A stretch of 32,000 bases of DNA from Pseudodesulfovibrio piezophilus C1TLV30 (GTDB lineage Bacteria; Desulfobacterota; Desulfovibrionia; Desulfovibrionales; Desulfovibrionaceae). The position numbers and the translations under genes were made by a program. The notes beneath the pieces are model-generated. The model was given only the letters and a program-made list of their open reading frames with translations. It had not been told where the DNA came from and searched no databases. Below are positions 26,794-32,000 of the stretch, one piece after another (within the stretch, counting starts at the first letter, position 1; each line of letters begins with the position of its first letter). The stretch lies in NCBI RefSeq assembly GCF_000341895.1, contig NC_020409.1, positions 1,470,001-1,502,000 on the forward strand, written 5' to 3'.

Positions 26794-28152
26794 CTATTCG
26801 TTGCTGAAGAGCTGGAATCCGTTGTAGGACTCGGAGCCGTGCTCAGCAATATCCAGACCCTTAAGTTCTTCTTCCTTTGTGACACGCAGGCCAAACAACC
26901 CCTTGACGACAGACATCAAGATGTAGCCAGTACCAAATCCCCAGACGAAGAAGACACCGACACCTATGAGCTGAACACCGAGCTGAGCGAAACCGCCGCC
27001 ATAGAACAACCCACCATCAAGATTGAATAAACCGCAGGCAAGCGTTCCCCATGCACCGCACACACCATGAACCGAAGAGGCTCCGACGGGGTCATCGATC
27101 TTGAGAACCTTGTCGATGAATTCAATGGAAAGGACAACCAGGCAACCGGCGACCAGGCCGATGGCGATAGCACCGCTGGGCGAAACAGTGGCACAACCGG
27201 CAGTGATACCCACCAGACCAGCCAATGCTCCGTTCATGGTCATGGAGATGTCAGGCTTGCCGTACCGGAACCAGGAGATGAACATGGCACCAAGGACACC
27301 GCCAGCAGCAGCCAGGGAAGTATTCATGGCGATCAGACCAATGGTGTCATCAGCAGTGGTGGTGGAACCGGGATTGAATCCGAACCAACCGAACCAAAGG
27401 ATGAAAACACCCAGACCAGCCAAGGGGATGTTGTGACCAGGAATGGCATTGGCTTTTCCGTCTTCGGTGTACTTGCCGATACGAGGACCAAGCACCAATG
27501 CTCCGGCCAGGGCAATCCAACCACCGAGAGAGTGAACGACCGAGGAACCGGCAAAGTCACAGAATCCAAGGCCTTCCAACCAACCGGCACCGTCATCTCC
27601 AAGCCACAGTGAACCCCAGGCCCAGTGACCGGACATTGGGTAAATGATAGCGGTAATGACAATGGAAACAAGAATGTAACTGGAAAATTTGGTCCGTTCG
27701 GCCATACCACCGGAGACGATGGTCGCGGCAGTCGCAGCAAACACGGACTGGAAGAACCAGAAAGTGTAAGACCAGGGCAGGTCGGCAGCAGACACACCAC
27801 TCAGGGCGTAGCCGGAGGTGCCGATAAATCCGCCTGCATCCAGGCCGAACATAACGGCAAAACCGAACAGGAAAAAGACGACAGAACCAACTGCGAAATC
27901 CAGAAAGTTCTTCATCATGATATTACCGGCCGATTTTGCACGGGTGAACCCGGCTTCGACACAACCGAACCCGGCCTGCATGAACATGACCAGGATGGCG
28001 GCAACAAGTGTCCAAAGGATGTTACCATTGGACTGGGTGAGGTACTCTACCTCTTCTGCATGAGCAAGGGTCGGGGCAAGGGCAACCACTATGGCTGCCA
28101 TCGCGACAACGGCCTTGCTAAACGTAGGGGTCGGGGACTTTCTCAAAAACAT
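26794..28152 (-). CDS. amtB: Ammonium transporter
   Basis: 452 aa, with a signal peptide and multiple TM segments. Amt signatures DFAGSSVVH and ASSVHGVCGAWG. Confidence 0.95.
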   Translation of the reverse strand: MFLRKSPTPTFSKAVVAMAAIVVALAPTLAHAEEVEYLTQSNGNILWTLVAAILVMFMQAGFGCVEAGFTRAKSAGNIMMKNFLDFAVGSVVFFLFGFAVMFGLDAGGFIGTSGYALSGVSAADLPWSYTFWFFQSVFAATAATIVSGGMAERTKFSSYILVSIVITAIIYPMSGHWAWGSLWLGDDGAGWLEGLGFCDFAGSSVVHSLGGWIALAGALVLGPRIGKYTEDGKANAIPGHNIPLAGLGVFILWFGWFGFNPGSTTTADDTIGLIAMNTSLAAAGGVLGAMFISWFRYGKPDISMTMNGALAGLVGITAGCATVSPSGAIAIGLVAGCLVVLSIEFIDKVLKIDDPVGASSVHGVCGAWGTLACGLFNLDGGLFYGGGFAQLGVQLIGVGVFFVWGFGTGYILMSVVKGLFGLRVTKEEELKGLDIAEHGSESYNGFQLFSNE

Positions 28153-28202
28153 TACGATACTCCTCCTTGAAGTGGAATGCGTTTCTAACCTGGCTCCCTT
28201 CT

Positions 28203-28219
28203 ATCAAGACCCGTGCCAA
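28203..28219 (-). promoter_or_regulatory. Sigma-54 (-24/-12) promoter of amtB-glnK
   Basis: The minus strand reads TTGGCACGGGTCTTGAT, against the consensus TGGCAC-N5-TTGC with one -12 mismatch. It lies about 50 nt upstream of the amtB ATG. Confidence 0.7.
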
Positions 28220-28292
28220 ACTGCATTTTCATTGCTATTCATGTAAAACAGCCAATTCAAAGACGTATGAAACCTTACTATTTTTGCAAATT

Positions 28293-28306
28293 TGTAATTT
28301 ATTACA
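28293..28306. promoter_or_regulatory. Palindrome TGTAAT-TT-ATTACA, candidate enhancer-binding-protein or other regulator site
   Basis: Perfect 6+6 inverted repeat, 75-90 nt upstream of the -24 element, in a strongly AT-rich tract. Confidence 0.3.
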
Positions 28307-28463
28307 TTTTTGAAGTCTCTAAAATATACAAAAATTGTCAACTCAGTATTCAGAAGAAAAACAAACAGGGCTTACTTGTATATAAGGTAATAGAAGACAT
28401 CTATTCGAAATCGCAATTATTTTTATATTGACAGAACATTATCGGAGGGGATATGAATTTTGC

Positions 28464-28559
28464 ATGAATTCCACCATTGCCTCCCCAACATACTTTTCCT
28501 TCTTTTATTTTGGATATTGGTATTGCCGCGCTCGCGGTCTTGGGAGAGGTGCACTGTAA
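28464..28559 (+). CDS. Aromatic-rich leader peptide of the aro operon (putative attenuation leader)
   Basis: Hand-translated 31 codons: MNSTIASPTYFSFFYFGYWYCRARGLGRGAL. Residues 10-20 are 4 Tyr, 4 Phe and 1 Trp out of 11. The ORF ends 38 nt before an intrinsic terminator and 135 nt before the first aro gene. Confidence 0.7.
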   Translation: MNSTIASPTYFSFFYFGYWYCRARGLGRGAL

Positions 28560-28610
28560 CCAACTGGTGGATACAAGCAGAACAAAGAACCTCTTCAAGG
28601 GCCGCGGGCG
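28529..28610 (+). promoter_or_regulatory. Antiterminator helix of the aro leader
   Basis: 28529-28550 pairs antiparallel with 28589-28610: 17 Watson-Crick pairs, 4 G-U and 1 mismatch over 22 positions. The 3' strand covers the whole 5' arm of the terminator. The 5' strand lies in the last 10 sense codons (22-31) of the leader ORF. Confidence 0.6.
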
Positions 28611-28634
28611 AAAGCCGGCGGCCCTTGTTTTTTT
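28597..28634 (+). terminator. Intrinsic terminator (attenuator) upstream of the aro operon
   Basis: AAGGGCCGC (28597-28605) pairs with GCGGCCCTT (28618-28626). An inner GGC/GCC stem is capped by a GAAA tetraloop, followed by G and seven T (28628-34). Confidence 0.8.
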
Positions 28635-28693
28635 ATCTCCCGCCGGTTTCATGAGAACCATGGTCCGAGAGAGACAACCACTGGAGAGAGAAA

Positions 28694-29491
28694 ATGCACA
28701 TAGGCAAAGCTATCAGGCTTGAAAGAATCGTTAATCGTAACACAGGCAGAACCATAGTCGTCCCCATGGATCATGGAGTCACTGTCGGCCCCATTGATGG
28801 ACTGGTGGATATGCGCGAAGCTGTCGGCAAAGTTGTCGCCGGTGGAGCCAATGCAGTCATTGAGCACAAAGGGCTTGTCCGATGTGGACATCGTGCTTCC
28901 GGCAAGGACATTGGCCTCATCGTCCACTTGTCAGCATCAACCAGCCTTTCTCCTTACCCCAATGCAAAATCCCTGGTCGCCTCGGTTGAGGATGCCATCC
29001 GACTCGGCGCAGACGCCGTCTCCATTCACTGCAACCTCGGTGACGAAACCGAATCCGCCATGTTGGCCGATTTTGGAATGGTGGCTTCGAAAGCATCCAA
29101 TTGGGGCATTCCGCTCCTGGCGATGGTGTATGCCCGCGGACCTAAGATTTCCGATGAATACGACCCTGCCGTCGTCGCTCACTGTGCCCGCGTCGGCACG
29201 GAACTCGGGGCAGATATTGTCAAGGTTCCCTACACTGGAGATATCGACACCTTCGCCAAAGTATGCGACGCCTGTTGTGTCCCTGTCGTCATCGCTGGCG
29301 GGCCAAAACTCGACAGCACCGAGTCCTTTCTCCAAATGGTGCATGATTCTCTGGAGGCCGGAGGCGCAGGGCTCTCCGTCGGGCGCAACGTCTTCCAGCA
29401 TGAGGATCCCACCCGTCTGGTCGAAGCACTGAACATGATCGTCCACGCTGATGAATCCGTGGATGTCGCCCTCAATTACCTCAACGGCTAA
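28694..29491 (+). CDS. 2-amino-3,7-dideoxy-D-threo-hept-6-ulosonate synthase (AroA', DhnA-type class I aldolase)
   Basis: 265 aa. [13 protein letters not shown] and the Schiff-base Lys context ADIVKVPY match the archaeal MJ0400-type family. It is paired with a type II dehydroquinate synthase gene. Confidence 0.8.
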   Translation: MHIGKAIRLERIVNRNTGRTIVVPMDHGVTVGPIDGLVDMREAVGKVVAGGANAVIEHKGLVRCGHRASGKDIGLIVHLSASTSLSPYPNAKSLVASVEDAIRLGADAVSIHCNLGDETESAMLADFGMVASKASNWGIPLLAMVYARGPKISDEYDPAVVAHCARVGTELGADIVKVPYTGDIDTFAKVCDACCVPVVIAGGPKLDSTESFLQMVHDSLEAGGAGLSVGRNVFQHEDPTRLVEALNMIVHADESVDVALNYLNG

Positions 29492-29507
29492 CCAACGGAA
29501 CTTCTCC

Positions 29508-30491
29508 ATGAAAAAAGTCATCTTCAAATCCGTTCCCTTTGACAAGAACCTGATTACTCTGGCCCTGGAATCCGGGGTGGACGCTGTCATGGTGGACGAG
29601 GCCCACGTCAAGGATGTGGAAGCTCTCGGCCGTGTCACCGTCATCACTCCTGAGGCCATGCCCGTTGTCGAACTGACCCAAAAATCAGACGAGGACATTG
29701 CAATCAAGGGCATTCTGGATGGTAAGGACATTGTCCTGAAAAAGGGGTGGGAAATCATCCCGGTGGAAAACATCCTCGCGCAGGTGGACACTCTGGCTCT
29801 GGAATGCGAAAATTATGACCGAGCCATACTGGCAGCAGGCATCCTGGAACGAGGGTGTGATACTGTCGTCGTCCTGCCTGAAGGTGCTGCCGATCTCAAG
29901 CAAATTGTCGCGGAACTCAAACTGTCGCAGGGAACAATGGAGCTTCAAGTCGCCACAGTTACAGCCATTGAATCAACAGGACTCGGGCATAGAGTCTGTG
30001 TGGATACTATTTCCATGCTGAAAAAAGGCCAGGGAATGCTCATCGGCAACTCCTCGGCCTTTTCTTTTTTGGTTCATGCCGAAACCGAATCCAACCCCTA
30101 TGTGGCGGCACGCCCGTTTCGGGTCAACGCCGGGGCAGTCCACGCTTACGCGCAGATGCCGGGTGACAAGACCACATATCTCGAAGAACTCGCGGCAGGG
30201 ACTGATGTTCTCATTGTCGGCGCAGATGGAGCCACCTCATTGGCTACAGTTGGCCGTGTCAAGGTCGAAGTTCGCCCCATGCTGCTGATCAAGGCGGAAG
30301 TCAAAACCGAAAACGGTATCAAGGAAGGCCAGGTCTTTTTGCAAAACGCCGAAACAATTCGGGTTGTCAGCGACAAGGGTGCCCCTGTCTCTGTAGTCAC
30401 TCTTTCCGTTGGTGACAAAATCATGGTCAAGACTGACGAAGCCGGTCGTCACTTCGGTATGCGGATCAAGGAAGAAATCGTCGAGGGATAA
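29508..30491 (+). CDS. 3-dehydroquinate synthase II (AroB', archaeal type)
   Basis: 327 aa, starting at MKKVIFKS. Family recognised from the overall pattern (FLVHAETESNPYVAARPFRVNAGAVHAY) and the gene context. Confidence 0.8.
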   Translation: MKKVIFKSVPFDKNLITLALESGVDAVMVDEAHVKDVEALGRVTVITPEAMPVVELTQKSDEDIAIKGILDGKDIVLKKGWEIIPVENILAQVDTLALECENYDRAILAAGILERGCDTVVVLPEGAADLKQIVAELKLSQGTMELQVATVTAIESTGLGHRVCVDTISMLKKGQGMLIGNSSAFSFLVHAETESNPYVAARPFRVNAGAVHAYAQMPGDKTTYLEELAAGTDVLIVGADGATSLATVGRVKVEVRPMLLIKAEVKTENGIKEGQVFLQNAETIRVVSDKGAPVSVVTLSVGDKIMVKTDEAGRHFGMRIKEEIVEG

Positions 30492-30615
30492 ATCTCTCAT
30501 GGTCCCGGTCCCTGAACCCCAGGGACCGGGAAACTCTCACAAACACTTTTTTGCAGTGCTTTCATCAAAAAATCTGACGCTGAAATCAGAACAGGAAAGC
30601 GGACTGGAGAAACTC

Positions 30616-31716
30616 ATGGGCGACATGGATAAGAGCGATATCCCGGATTTGACAGACCTCAGAGTCAAAATTGACAGCCTGGATAAACAGATCGTGGACC
30701 TTCTCAACCAACGAGCCAGGGTAAGCCTCGGCGTGGGCCGTTACAAAGCCGCCCACAATGAGCCTATCTACAAGCCGTTTCGGGAACAGGAGGTCATGGA
30801 CAAAATTGCAGACTCAAGCCCTGGCCCGCTTCCCGATAAGCACCTCCGTACCATTTATCGGGAAATCATGTCTTCATCCCGTCATTTGCAACGCCCGGAA
30901 CGAGTCGTTTACCTCGGCCCCGAAGGAACCTTTTCCTATTTTGCCGCCATTGAGCACATGGGCAGTTCCGCAGCCCTGACCCCCAAAGGGGACTTCGAAG
31001 AAATATTTCGTGCTGTTGCGGAGGAGGGAGCCGAACTTGGCGTCATCCCGCTGGAAAATTCCATTGAAGGCACTGTCGGACAAGTCGTCGACCTGTTCAT
31101 GAAATACAAAGTCTCTATCCAGGCCGAGGTTTTCAGTCGCATCAGCCACTGCCTGATGTCCAATGCCGACCGCATAGAGGATGTGGAAGTGGTTTACTCC
31201 CATCCGCAACCTCTGGGTCAATGCAGGGACTGGCTCCGCACGCACCTGCGTGATGTGCCGACTATTCCCATGGAATCCTCGGCAGAAGCCGCAGAGGTGG
31301 TCGCGGGCAAAAAAGCCGCAGCCGTGGTGGGCCATGCCAAGCTCGCCGACATGCACGGCATGAATATCCTGGCGCAGTCCATTGAAGACCTGCCGGACAA
31401 CTGGACCCGGTTCCTTATTATCGGATCGTCGCCTTCCCAGGAAGACAAACGGGACAAAACGACCATCCTGTTCACCCTGCCGGACAAGGCAGGTGCCCTG
31501 GCACGCGTTCTGACAACCATGGCACACCAGAGCATCAATATCACCAAACTGGAATCACGCCCGTTTCGTGGAGAAAAATGGAAATATGTTTTCTTCGCTG
31601 ATCTCGAATGTGACCTTGGCGCAGAACGATACGAAGACGTTCTCGAAGATATCCGACAACAGTGCCACACACTTCGTGTGCTTGGAACCTACCCCACCCA
31701 GGAGGAAAGACAATGA
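30616..31716 (+). CDS. pheA: Bifunctional chorismate mutase / prephenate dehydratase (P-protein)
   Basis: Start at MGDMDKS, 6 nt after GGAG. CM helix LRVKIDSLDKQIVDLLNQRA. PDT domain (VVYLGPEGTFSY, IPLENSIEGTV, TRFLIIG). ACT domain with ESRP. Confidence 0.9.
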   Translation: MGDMDKSDIPDLTDLRVKIDSLDKQIVDLLNQRARVSLGVGRYKAAHNEPIYKPFREQEVMDKIADSSPGPLPDKHLRTIYREIMSSSRHLQRPERVVYLGPEGTFSYFAAIEHMGSSAALTPKGDFEEIFRAVAEEGAELGVIPLENSIEGTVGQVVDLFMKYKVSIQAEVFSRISHCLMSNADRIEDVEVVYSHPQPLGQCRDWLRTHLRDVPTIPMESSAEAAEVVAGKKAAAVVGHAKLADMHGMNILAQSIEDLPDNWTRFLIIGSSPSQEDKRDKTTILFTLPDKAGALARVLTTMAHQSINITKLESRPFRGEKWKYVFFADLECDLGAERYEDVLEDIRQQCHTLRVLGTYPTQEERQ

Positions 31717-32000
31717 CCCAGGAACCGATCGTCATCAATGCGCCGCCCAGCAAGTCTCTGTCACACCGCACCCTCATTGCGGCGGCCCTGGCCAAGGGCA
31801 CTTCCGAAATATCATCAATCCTCGTCTCCGATGATATTACACGCACGCGCAATTGTCTCACTGCCTGCGGGGCTGCCATCGAGGAAAAAAACGGCAACCT
31901 CATTGTGACCGGCATGGAAGACGGGCCCAAAGGAGGCAATGCCGACGGCAAGCACAAAGGGGAAAAGCCCCATGAACTTTTCATGCACGAATCCGGTACT
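31713..32000 (+). CDS. aroA: 3-phosphoshikimate 1-carboxyvinyltransferase (EPSP synthase), 5' partial at window end
   Basis: Hand-translated MTQEPIVINAPPSKSLSHRTLIAAALAKGTSEI, which contains the KSLSHR motif. The ATG overlaps the pheA stop (ATGA). The frame is open to the window edge, so it is absent from the ORF track. Confidence 0.85.
   Translation, partial: MTQEPIVINAPPSKSLSHRTLIAAALAKGTSEISSILVSDDITRTRNCLTACGAAIEEKNGNLIVTGMEDGPKGGNADGKHKGEKPHELFMHESGT

Noticed and set aside
28460-28722. ORF-track entries 28460-28654 (64 aa) and 28477-28722 (81 aa) in the amtB/aro intergenic region.
   Set aside because: They run straight through a strong intrinsic terminator and into the next gene's SD, and one uses a TTG start. 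The third frame holds a much more meaningful 31-codon aromatic-rich leader ORF, so the region is read as a regulatory leader.
1-32000. Mobile elements, CRISPR arrays, tRNA/rRNA genes and defence islands.
   Set aside because: Reading all intergenic regions found no direct-repeat/spacer arrays, cloverleaf-capable segments, transposase- or integrase-like ORFs, or long terminal inverted repeats.

Overview
The window looks like core chromosome of a Desulfovibrio-like sulfate reducer. That assignment is inferred from gene content only; no searches were run. No CRISPR arrays, tRNA/rRNA genes, transposases, integrases or defence-type genes were seen.

Gene order:
- icd.
- A periplasmic [NiFe] hydrogenase locus: hynB and hynA on the minus strand, converging on hynC and hypC on the plus strand.
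- Small accessory genes: a CxxCxxCC protein, a secreted isochorismatase-like protein, a DUF77 protein, a cNMP-binding regulator, a UPF0280 protein and a LUD-domain protein.
- The conserved rpmH-rnpA-yidD-yidC-jag-mnmE cluster.
- A small ORF plus a GNAT acetyltransferase.
- A chemoreceptor.
- An 807-aa GGDEF/TPR protein.
- panCD and metK.
- A MarR regulator and an O-methyltransferase.
- An EAL protein.
- amtB-glnK.
- The start of an aromatic amino acid operon using the archaeal-type dehydroquinate route, followed by pheA and aroA.

Most interesting signal: an unannotated 31-codon leader ORF at 28464-28559, below the ORF-track size cutoff. Nine of eleven consecutive codons are Tyr, Phe or Trp. 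It is followed by a strong intrinsic terminator and a 22-position alternative antiterminator helix, directly upstream of the aro operon. This fits a ribosome-mediated attenuator.

Secondary points:
- A seven-Cys insertion splitting the HAMP domain of the chemoreceptor.
- A GGDEF-TPR protein with two degenerate GGDEF motifs.
- An rnpA frame whose only canonical start lies inside rpmH.
- A repeated 15-nt motif flanking the MarR gene.
- Sigma-54-type promoters.
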